This document shows positions 1 through 9,231 of a stretch of DNA of 33,282 nt, in pieces. Every line of letters starts with the position of its first letter. The first letter of the stretch is position 1. The stretch lies in assembly GCF_001194135.2 (NCBI RefSeq), contig NC_068984.1, positions 105,424,626 to 105,457,907 on the forward strand, written 5' to 3'. Source of the DNA: Octopus bimaculoides (taxonomy: Eukaryota). Position numbers and translations under genes: made by a program. The notes beneath the pieces are model-generated. The model ran no database searches, had not been told where the DNA came from, and saw only the letters and a list, made by a program, of their open reading frames with translations.

Positions 1-350
1 TATATATGTATATAGGGAAAGCCCCCGTCCCATCAGGAATCACTGCTGAGATGCTTAAAATATCTAGTGTTGTGGGTTATGGTCTAGTCACCTGTATTGT
101 AAATCAGCTGGTTCACAAAGGAATCATTCCCAATGACTGGTTTAGCAGCACTATAATCAACTGCTATAAAAGTAAACATGTTGTCTTAGACAGAAATAAT
201 TACAGAGGTATCAAATTGTTGGATCAGGTAATGAAAGTTACAGAGAGAGTCATAGCCCAACTAATTAGCGAGAGAGTTAGCTTAGATGAGATGCAGTTTG
301 GTTTTGTGTCAGGGAGAAGCACCACCGATGCTATATTTCTGGTAAATTGT
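1..350 (+). mobile_element. RTE-clade LINE reverse transcriptase fragment (truncated)
   Basis: ORF 6..416 contains GKAPxPSGITAEMLK, NYRGIKLLDQVMKVTERVI and EMQFGFVSGRSTTDAIFL, typical of the N-terminal RTE RT; similarity stops near 350. Confidence 0.9.
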
Positions 351-508
351 CTCGAAGACTGTACCAAAGACACACTTGGTGTATCACGAAAATCTAATAT
401 GCCTTGTACAAGATAAAGTTACTTACTCTACACTTGACTAAACTAGTTTTAGCTTTTCTTTTCTTTTCTTTTTTATGAAATTAATTCACTACATGTTTTG
501 TTTTTGTG

Positions 509-547
509 CAATATACATACATACATACATACATACACACACATATA

Positions 548-583
<36 letters not shown>

Positions 584-630
584 TGTATGTATGTGTGTGT
601 GTGTGTGTATAAATATATGTATATATATAA
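509..630. repeat. Compound (TACA)n/(TA)n/(TATG)n/(TG)n microsatellite
   Basis: Directly visible simple repeats. Confidence 0.95.
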
Positions 631-707
631 TTTTTAGAGAAACTNNNNNNNNNNCATACTCTAAAAAGTAGAACAGTTTATATTTTTTCCTGGTGAAGGC
701 CAGTTTA

Positions 708-770
708 TGGGGTTACCCTGGGTTTCCCATCCATAAAGGGTTTAACTTTATGGCGTATCGTCAGACCCCA
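708..770 (-). ncRNA. Type I minimal hammerhead ribozyme motif in the PLE1 3' terminal repeat
   Basis: Minus strand reads TGGGGT-CTGACGA-tacgCCATAAAG(ttaaacc)CTTTATGGatgg-GAAA-CCC a GGG-TA/ACCCCA. It has a 6-bp stem I, the CUGANGA and GAAA core, a GUA cleavage triplet and a near-palindromic stem III. The proximal stem II is mismatched in this copy. Confidence 0.75.
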
Positions 771-794
771 AGACCTGTTGACCTATGACCTCTT

Positions 795-968
795 TAAAAT
801 ATGGAGGGGAAAAGTCTGGATTATCTCTCTTTGCCAATGGCTATCGACTTCCGTTCTGTCATCGTTCAGCTGTGAGAATAAATGATAGGGGATAATCTCC
901 CTCTCCCGTTAGCTATCAACTTCCGGTGGTTCCCAAAAGGCCAGCAGAAATCTTCTAAAATGCAAACA
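795..968 (-). repeat. Left arm of an inverted repeat (PLE1 3' end); partner at 3422-3600
   Basis: Reverse complement of 3422-3600 aligns here by eye at roughly 80% identity; both encode ..LHFRRFLLAFxEPxEVDS*. Confidence 0.9.
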
Positions 969-1284
969 TGGCCTGAAAATCTCTATTCTGGAGTTAAGTA
1001 TAGCCCCTGGCTCGAGTGAGTCTCTTAGGATTCTCATGTGTTCAGCTATGCATAACCTACAGCGTTTCGTCCCAATGATGTAGTGGCGTGGGTTTTTGAG
1101 GATTTTTCTTGAGATCAAGTGTGGTACTCCATAGTCTTTTAGTTGCCAAACATGGCTGGCCAGTAATGTTACATATCTCCTTTCTGGGACTCTGAAGGAG
1201 GATCAATGGTTGGAAAAATGTTTCTTGAATGAATTTCCAGTACAACCAATATATTACTGTGGATGTGTGATCTCGGTACTGTAC

Positions 1285-2060
1285 CTATTATTATTGTTGT
1301 TGCCACTGTTGCTGCCGCTGCAATTGTAGTTGCAGCTGCCAATGTCGTTGCTGCAATTGCTGTCGCCGATGTTGCTGCTGCTGCATGTTGTTGATGCTGT
1401 TGCTGTTACCAATGATGTTGTTGCTGCCGTTGATGCTGATGATATTGGAGCTGGGGCTGTGGGTGTTGGTGCCAGGGCTGCTGGTATTAATGGTGGTGCT
1501 GCTGGAGGTGGTGGTTGTGTTGGAAATGTTGCTGCCCCTGTGTGTGTTGTTGGTAAAGCACCTGTTTATCTTGTTGCTAATGCTGCCATTGTTGCTGTTG
1601 CTATCATTGTTGATGGTACTGTTGCTAGAGCCAGGGCTGTTGGCGTTGGTGTTGGCGAAGGTGGGGGTGGTGGTAGCATTGGTAATACTATCGCCATTGC
1701 TGGTTACGGAGGCGCTGCTACTGCTGCCAGAGGTGTCATTAGTCGAGCTTATGCTGGTACTTCTGCTAGGAACGCTGCTGCTGTTGTTGGTGTTGTTGCC
1801 GATATAGTTGGTGTTGGCACTGGGTCTGTTATCGCTGCCACAATCAGCCCTGCCAGTATGGGCATTGGCAGGTCCGCTACTGTGGACACCAGGGAAGCTG
1901 TTGGTAAGGCTGGTGATGAAGGTGATGTCTCTGTAGCCGATGCTAGTGATGGTACCATCGGGGGTGTCATTGGTGCTGCTGTTGTTGACATCACTAAAAC
2001 TACCCACTGTGGTGGTGGTGGTGGTGGCAGTTGTTGACTCTGTTGTCATCGTATGTATGG
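1285..2060. repeat. Degenerate triplet low-complexity tract (GNT/ANC-type, CAA/CAG-like) inside PLE1
   Basis: Imperfect gct/gtt/ggt triplets giving long open frames on both strands. Confidence 0.85.
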
Positions 2061-3421
2061 CCATTATTGTTTCTGTTGGTAGAATTGGCAGGGTTTGCTC
2101 GTACTTCGGCTTGATAGATGACTCCTTTGGTTTTGTAGTGACCTCCAACCAGGCAATTGTTGTGGATCCTGCATGAACAGCCTGCCCCTTCCTGTGGCCT
2201 AGGGGCACTAACTAGGATGCTCTTAATATTGGGGACACAACTAAACAAGATCCTAACATTTTGTCTGTTGAAAATGGGTCCGTACCTATGGGAGCTTGTG
2301 AAGTGCTTGTCTATTGGTGTAAGGAAAAGTCTACCTGTGGGTGTTATTATGTCAGGGAGAAGGTGGGGGAGGGAAAAACAAAATTGTATTTCTGTGGCAT
2401 TTCCTTTTGTGGTTGTTGGGTTCCAGCATATAGGAGATGTGGTCCCTAAACCTGCTGGCAGTTAAGGCCTCATTATAGTATGGGGCTGCTTTGTTGGAGG
2501 CCTCTTGGTTAGAGGAAAGGTTTGAAATCCTCTTGCTAATGCCCTTTGAACATGATGGGTGGGTGAAAGATGGCTGTGTTGATGTATGTTAGCCTCTCGT
2601 TTGGTTTGCAGTAGGTCCTGTGAGTACCAGACCCCAAGTCTAGCGTGACGTCTAAGAAGTCCGTTGTGGTGAGGTTGATTTCTATGGTGATCTTCAAACC
2701 CATGGAGGCAAGCATGCTGATTAAATCCTTCCTAAGCCTATCTAGTATATGGTTGCTTGCTTCGCTAGAGATGGCTAGGGTGTCATCTCTGTAGAATCCA
2801 AAGAGGACAGAGGGGAAATCTTTCCTAAGGGCATCCAGGATGTACAATCCTATGAGATTGCACTAGTTAGCACTATCATAGGCTCCCATCGCTATGTCAA
2901 AGGAACCCGTGGGGTCGGATTGCTTGACTCATGCTGAACCTTTGCTAAACAGTACTGTCTTTCTGGCATGCATGATAATTTCTACATCTCTGTCACTAAC
3001 AATAGTAAAGCCCCTGGTGAAAGAAAGCACTTTGGTCAGTAGCCCTTTTGATACAGATGGGTAAAAATCAACTATATCAAATTGGGTGAACCTTTCCCTG
3101 ACTCTACCCTTGTTGATGTTTAACCATGCGGTTACTTTGCTGGTGTTGCACCACAAGGAAAGGTTTGTGGCCCTTCTTATGGCATTGTTGATATCTCTGA
3201 ATATGTGTTTGCTTACCAGATTGATCTCGGATTTGGCTGGATTGATCAGGCAGTACTTAGGGTTTGTAGCAAAGTTCGGTTTGTGGTTTTATGGTGATGA
3301 TAGCTTTTCGTTTAGCCAGGATTTCTACCCTATCTGCTATCTGTTATTTTCTAGTAGACTGTTGTATTCTAGGATGTCTAACCTATATAAGTTCTTTGTC
3401 TCATTAGAGAAAATTAGTCCA

Positions 3422-3600
3422 CGTTTGCATTTTAGGAGATTTTTGTTGGCCTTTAGGGAACCGCTGGAAGTTGATAGCTAATAGGAGAGGGAGATAATCC
3501 CCTATTGTTGACCCTCACAGCTGAACCATGGCAGTATGGCCGGAATTCAATTGCCATTGGCAAAGGGAGATAATCCAGATTTTTTCCCTCCATATTTTGA
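3422..3600 (+). repeat. Inverted copy of the PLE 3' end (pseudo-LTR) at the 5' truncation point of PLE1
   Basis: Plus strand encodes RLHFRRFLLAFREPLEVDS* followed by the same 3'UTR as 795-908 on the minus strand. Confidence 0.88.
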
Positions 3601-4758
3601 ATGCATTTGTGCCCCCAAAAGTCAATATGAAAGTTTCTCTCATGGTAACTACTGCAGTATAGTTTGCTCTAATAACACATGCATGTTTAAGTGGGCATAG
3701 ATATTACCTCTCTAAACTCGCTATGAAAATAACCATTATCTGAGTTATATCATGATTTTGTATGAATTGTCATTTACAATATTTTTAAGATTAAACCTTA
3801 TATACAAGTATTAGAATGTTTCAGTTACCACATCTTTTTTTGTCTCTTATTTGGAAGTCACTTACCAATAACCTATGGAAGGACTAAGTATTTACAACCA
3901 TCTGTTTATTACAAGTCTTTGCATGTTCACCTGTTTCGAAGATAATCAAATGTCTGACTGATTTCTTGAAATTTATCGTTACAGAGAATTAATTTATTTG
4001 CATCACAGAATTTCAAACACTGTGACTCCTCAGCATTCCTAGAACCATATTTCACAACAACTATATACTCCAGAGTAGCCATCATGGTGCTGTCTGACAT
4101 GTCCATTGAAGTGTACAGCTATGAAAATGTGTTGTCATTTATTATTGATATTTTTTTTTACAGAATCTCAAAGCAATTCTTTTTCATATCAGTCAGTCTT
4201 TATCCATCAGTAGAGTTTCCATTGCGCTACTTACAAATCACTTAATCTTGATTTTTCTGTCACATATTTTGGATACTTTATGTACTTGGTTTTTCTGTCA
4301 AAAATAAGGCCTGATCTTCAAGGCCTGTTGTCTATAAATGGAAGGAAGTGTGTGATCTTTGATAATAGTTGAAGAATTCTAGCATATGGTCAGTCAGTTC
4401 CATCTGACCATCCAACTACACTAACATGGTAAGTGTCAGTCCTGTGTATGCAGTTAGACTTTATCAATGTATTGGAATATTTCATATTTTAGGTTTTGGT
4501 TTTAAAACTCAGAATATGATGTGACACAGGTAATCTCACTAACTATATTTTTTTAACCTATATATATATATATATATATATACGTTATATATATTTTATA
4601 TATGATATTTTACCTATATATTTTTTATTCAATGAAAATCACAGATGCAATGCACTTAATGGAATGCATAAAGAGTGAATGTGCTCAAATTGACGACAGT
4701 GTGGAGTTATTGCATTGGGTTCATCTAAATTTTGCCAAGTGCATTGACCTTTGTATCA

Positions 4759-5550
4759 CATCATCATCATCGTATAATGTTCGCTTTCCATGATGGCATG
4801 GGTTGGACGGTTTGACTGAGGACTGGCGAGCCCGAAGGCTGCATCAGGCTCCAATCTGATCTAGCAAAGTTTCTACAGCCGGATGCCCTTCCTAACGCCA
4901 ACCACTCTGAGAATGTAGTGGGTGCTTTTTACATGTCACCGGCATGAGGGCCAGTGAGGTGGTACTGGCAACGACCATGCTCAAAAGGTGTTTTTTACAT
5001 GCCACCTGCACGGGAGCCAATCCAGCGGCACTGGCAACAACCACGCTCGAATGTTGTTTTTTACGTGCCAGTTAGGCGATGCTTGCAACAATCACGCTCG
5101 AATGGTGCTTTTTATGTTCCACCGGCATGGGAGCCAGTCAGTGGCCCTGGCAACGATCATGCTTGGATGGTGCCTTTAACGTTCCACTGGCACGAGTGCC
5201 AATCAGGCGGTACTGTCATTGGCCACGTCAGCAATTTTGATTTCACTTGCCTCAACAGGTCTTCTCAAGCAAAGTTTATTGTCCAATGAATCGGCTGGTT
5301 ATACACCACTGGGATAGGCCATGGGTTATGGTCTCACTTGGCTTGTCAGGTCTTCTCAAGCACAACATATCTCCAAAGGTCTTGGTCACCAGTCATCGCC
5401 TCGGTGAAGCCCAATGTTCGAAGGTCGTGCTTCACCACCTCATCCCAGATCTTCCTGGGTCTACTTCTTCCACAGGTTCCCTCAACTGCTAGGGTGTGAC
5501 TCTTTTTCACACAGCTGTCCTTATCCATTTGCAACACATGACCATACCAG
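4759..5550 (-). mobile_element. RTE-clade LINE 3' end (5'-truncated): ORF C-terminus, long 3'UTR and (GAT)n tail
   Basis: Minus strand encodes RRLHWYGHVLQMDK..GRSRPRKIWDEVVKHDLRTLGFTEAMTGDQDLWRYVVLEK. The typical tail motif ggatgcccttcctaacgccaac is present, with (CAT)n on the plus strand at 4759-4772. Confidence 0.9.
4921..5230. repeat. About five imperfect tandem units of 50-66 bp in the RTE 3'UTR
   Basis: Units begin ggtgc/ttttttacrtgccacc..ctggcaacga/a..cacgctcgaat at about 4921, 4987, 5053, 5104 and 5169. Confidence 0.85.
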
Positions 5551-5707
5551 TGGAGTCGTCTACTAGCACAAAATGAAAGAAATCACATTGAAGATGTTAT
5601 TTCTTAATATTCCAATTGAATAAAATGTTGAAAATATACATTTTGCCTATGTGTCCAGACTTTAGGCACATCCTGTATAATATCTTCATTACTTCTTTCA
5701 ATTTCAA

Positions 5708-5910
5708 GGTGGTGAATTGGCAAAATCGTTAATGCCTGGTGGTATTTGAGTCTCTTTACATTTTGAATTCAAATTTCGCCAAACTCAACTCTGCCTTTCA
5801 TCCTTTAGGGGTCAATAAAATAAAGTACCATTCAAATACTAAGAGTCGATGTAATCGACCAACTTCCCTCCTCCTAAAATTGCTGGCCATGGACCAACAT
5901 TTGAAACAAG
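5708..5910 (+). mobile_element. tRNA-derived SINE (diverged)
   Basis: Head ggtggtgaattggcaaaatcgtt, B-box-like gaattcaaatt and central gcctttcatcctttaggggtcaataaa; homologous to 31109-31340. Confidence 0.85.
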
Positions 5911-7159
5911 TGTTATAATATATAGTCAAATCAAAAGGACCAATGAAAATAACAACATGCAATAAAAAGTGGCAATAAGAATGATGTAGTCCAATATACA
6001 CAATGTTGAGAAAAAGATGGGATGGCCATTACTGCAACGCCTTAGATCAGTTAGGGCTGTCATACAGTTAAACAACAACAAAACATGCTTAATAGTTTTC
6101 ACGAAAACAGTTAAAAACAATTTTAGTGGTACCTCGGTAGCTCATAAGGCCAATAATAAACACTAGTTTTATTTCAGTTCTTTATCATTCGACAATTGGT
6201 TTACTATTTAACTATTTGCTTGCTTGATTAATTATTTGGCTAGTCAATCAATCTCAGAGCCAAAGCTGACCTACAGTAGAGAGAGAGCATGTCATTGAAG
6301 AGGTCGCATAATTGGAGAGAAAAGGACTTCGACAAACGTAACTGAATGATTTTAAAAAGTAAATCAATTGATGAATAATAAAAAAAGCAAAAAAGAACCA
6401 GTGCGTGTGTTTATTATAGGTAAAATGACCTCCCCACTTCCTGAAAATACAACAAAATCTGTTTCAATACACGAGTTCACATCCAGAATCTTGCAAATCA
6501 AAACATATAAAAAAAAAAACGTTCAGGGGAAATAACATCTGTTATGATAAAAATAACTAAATCAATACAGTGTTGCCTCCCCTGGTTTCATACCGGTCGG
6601 TAATTTGAAATGTAACTTGAAATATTTACACCGGTATGTAGACATCTGAAAGGAAAATAAATAATTGATACATCTCCGTTACATTTAAATTCTTGAGATC
6701 TTGATATACTTAATAATCATAGTAATCTAATGAAAATAGAAGTAAAAACACAAAATATCAAATGGCATTTCTTTTTATATAATAAAATATTTCCAAAGTT
6801 AGGAACTTATATAATCGTAAAAAGAAGAAAACAAAAGAACAGTGAATATCAAAGAGTCCATGACATAGACAAGTAAAGTTTTGTCAGAGGTCATACTGAC
6901 TCTTAGAACGTTTTTCGTGGAGCAAACGAGCTTCTTTCTCGAGAGTACGGTGCCTAGTTTTGGAATATACATCAGACACGACGTAAAAAAAGCAAGCAGA
7001 CACTACAGCTACTGACGTATAAGCCAAAATCTTTAACTTCGGCGGAGCCATTGGTGAGTCTTGAATACTAAAATTTAAAAACGAGAGGCATTCAAGACTA
7101 AAATATCAATAAGTTCTGGAATAACCTTGAGGGGTTAAGTATAATCCGTGTAGCTGCTT

Positions 7160-7333
7160 CTACTCCGATTCTGATTTTGAATCCTCAGTATTAGTGCACG
7201 CCTGCTTCTTCAATACTTCTTCATTATATTTTTCAAAATTTGGTTTCCAAATATATATTCCGCCAAGCACGCCGATTACGGTGGCAACTATTATTTGGTC
7301 CCAGCTCAGTCGACGACGAGGAAGAATTCGCAT
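7160..7333 (-). CDS. PIGBOS1: PIGBOS1-like single-pass membrane microprotein, 57 aa: MRILPRRRLSWDQIIVATVIGVLGGIYIWKPNFEKYNEEVLKKQACTNTEDSKSESE
   Basis: Intact ATG (7331-7333) to TAG (7160-7162) in unique CpG-containing sequence. RRLSWDQIIVATVIGVLGGIYIWKPNFEKY matches my recollection of human PIGBOS1 ([30 protein letters not shown]). It has the same basic N-terminus, Gly-rich transmembrane helix and charged tail. Not database-verified. Confidence 0.85.
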   Translation of the reverse strand: MRILPRRRLSWDQIIVATVIGVLGGIYIWKPNFEKYNEEVLKKQACTNTEDSKSESE

Positions 7334-7352
7334 AATTGACGATGAAAGCGAA

Positions 7353-7442
7353 CTGTAGTTATCTCCCTTGGTATAACATCTTTTGCATTTAAAATATTTA
7401 CCAGTTGCTTCTCTGTTACGAAGCGTCTCTATAGAAACTTAC
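7353..7442 (-). other. Putative 90-bp 5'UTR intron of the PIGBOS1-like gene
   Basis: Donor CG|GTAAGT (GT at 7442-7441) and acceptor ACTACAG| ending at 7353, 19 nt upstream of the ATG. Confidence 0.55.
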
Positions 7443-7551
7443 CGAATAACTGCTGGTTGTTTAGAACAAGCAGTCAAAACAGCGATTATAGATGAGAGGG
7501 GAACCCGCGATCTTTTAGGTTCTTAAGGTCGGCTTTCTGGAAGAAGTCTGG

Positions 7552-7558
7552 ATTTATA
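7552..7558 (-). promoter_or_regulatory. Possible TATA box (TATAAAT) of the PIGBOS1-like gene
   Basis: Motif lies just upstream of the CpG-containing putative first exon. The genome is AT-rich, so a chance match is likely. Confidence 0.25.
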
Positions 7559-7940
7559 AATAAAAAAATTTTGTTGATTACTCCCCCCCTCCATACGCAC
7601 GCACACATACATTAGTATACCCGTGTCGAAAAAATGATGCTATTTTAAAACAAATTAACTGAAACTAGTATTTAAAAATGCATCGACATCAAAGTACATT
7701 CTTTATATCTTATATAGTTTTGTTACAACCCGTCATATATTGCTAGGTTAAGTAATGATCTAGTTCATTTACCAAAAGTATTATATTTTGTCCATAGTCA
7801 CTGTAGCATGCATTCCATACACATAAATGTCATCATGACATGTCCTACACACACACACACACACACACATACACACACACATTCATTTTTGGAACAGTAG
7901 ATCTCGAAATACTTAAAGCTATAATAATAAAATGTAAATA

Positions 7941-8130
7941 TTAGTTTCAAATGTTGGCACAAGGCCAGCAATTTCGGAAGAGGGGTCAGTCGATTACATT
8001 GACTCCGGACCCCGAAAGGATGATAGGCGAAGTTGACCACGGTCGAATTTGAATGCAGAATGTAAAGATGGGCGAAATACTGCTGGGCATTTTGCTCGCC
8101 GTGCTAACGGTTCTGTGTGCTCATCGCCTT
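7941..8130 (-). mobile_element. tRNA-derived SINE
   Basis: Reverse complement of the same family as 31109-31340 (ggcgatgagcacacagaaccgttagcacg.., ttcaaattcgaccgtggtcaacttcgcctatcatcctttcgggtc). Confidence 0.85.
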
Positions 8131-8146
8131 GATAGTACATAAATAT

Positions 8147-8363
8147 TGGTTTCAAATTTTGGCACAAAGCCAGCAATTTTGGGGGAGGGGTAAGTTGATT
8201 ACATCGACTTCAGTGCTCAACTGGTACTGATTTTATCAACCCCAGAAGGATGAAAGGCGAAGTCGACCACCTCGGTGGAATTTGAACTCAGAACGTAAAG
8301 ACGGACGAAATGTTACTAAGCATTTTACCAGGTGTGCTAACAGTTCTGCCAACTCACAACTTT
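8147..8363 (-). mobile_element. Second tandem copy of the same SINE family
   Basis: Shares head, central domain and tail (ccttgtgccaaaatttgaaaccaa) with 7941-8130. Confidence 0.85.
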
Positions 8364-8496
8364 GATAGCACGTAAATATTGAGATGAAAAACCCTTTTGG
8401 AGATGTGAGTTCGACTTTTCTAACCCAATATTTATATATTATTATATATTATTATTTATACCTTTATGTAATTCGAGATCTACTGTTCCAAAGATA

Positions 8497-8759
8497 TCTT
8501 TTATCTTTTATTTGTTTCAGTTATTTGACTGCGGCCATGCTGAGGCACCACCTTGAAGAGTTTTAGTTGAATAAATCGAACCCAGGACTTTTTTTAAAAG
8601 ACTAGTACCTATTCTATCAGTCTCTTCTGCCGAAAACGCTAAGTTACAGGGTCGTAAACACACCAACACCGGTTGACAACCGGTGTTGGTGTGTTTACGA
8701 CCCTGTAACTTAGCGTTGTCAACCGGTGGGGGTGGTGGTGGCAAACACACATACACACA

Positions 8760-8790
<31 letters not shown>
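8497..8790 (-). mobile_element. 3' half of the microsatellite-containing SINE (same family as 27497-27931), carrying an internal inverted duplication
   Basis: tttatcttttatttgtttcagttatttgactgcggccatgctg..gctaagttac..gtaaacacaccaacaccggttg followed by (CA)n matches the 27497-27720 part. Confidence 0.88.
8635..8717. repeat. Perfect palindrome: 41-bp arms with a 1-nt centre
   Basis: 8635-8675 is the exact reverse complement of 8677-8717. Confidence 0.97.
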
Positions 8791-8791
<1 letters not shown>

Positions 8792-9181
8792 NNNNNNNNN
8801 NNNNNNNNNNNNNNNNNNNNNNNNNNNNNNNNNNNNNNNNNNNNNNNNNNNNNNNNNNNNNNNNNNNNNNNNNNNNNNNNNNNNNNNNNNNNNNNNNNNN
8901 NNNNNNNNNNNNNNNNNNNNNNNNNNNNNNNNNNNNNNNNNNNNNNNNNNNNNNNNNNNNNNNNNNNNNNNNNNNNNNNNNNNNNNNNNNNNNNNNNNNN
9001 NNNNNNNNNNNNNNNNNNNNNNNNNNNNNNNNNNNNNNNNNNNNNNNNNNNNNNNNNNNNNNNNNNNNNNNNNNNNNNNNNNNNNNNNNNNNNNNNNNNN
9101 NNNNNNNNNNNNNNNNNNNNNNNNNNNNNNNNNNNNNNNNNNNNNNNNNNNNNNNNNNNNNNNNNNNNNNNNNNNNNNNNN

Positions 9182-9230
<49 letters not shown>

Positions 9231-9231
<1 letters not shown>

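Larger units (their letters stand above)
690..3600 (-). mobile_element. Penelope-like retroelement (PLE1): RT plus GIY-YIG endonuclease, 5'-truncated, with stops and frameshifts, inverted terminal segment
   Basis: Minus-strand frames give NHKPNF..LINPAKSEI, FDIVDFYPS, GAYDSA, FYRDD, DFLDVTLDL and FSCVPNIKSI. These are followed by VIYQAEV, YIGCTGNSFKKHFSNH and CRLCIAEHMRIL..LNSRIEIFRPCLHFRRFLL, i.e. the Penelope/Poseidon-type RT and GIY-YIG organisation. Confidence 0.92.

Noticed and set aside
820-900. CTGAACGA..GAC/GTC..GATA (and CTGAACCA..GGC/GCC..GGAA in the 3500-3560 copy) as another hammerhead
   Set aside because: The core does not fit CUGANGA/GAAA/NUH in either copy. Some pairing potential exists (GATTATCCCCT/AGGGAGATAATC), but I cannot assign a ribozyme.
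1330-2037. 235-aa Gly/Ala/Val-rich plus-strand ORF resembling an elastin, silk or cuticle protein, and the antisense 305-aa Asn/Thr/Gln ORF
   Set aside because: Both are by-products of a degenerate triplet tract that lacks stops in several frames, and the tract lies inside the PLE1 endonuclease region. There is no independent gene structure.
4235-4290. KYPKYVTEKSRLSDF on the minus strand resembling the start of a BIR (IAP) repeat
   Set aside because: The match is short, and the downstream AGF..C..C..H..C residues are not found in any frame.
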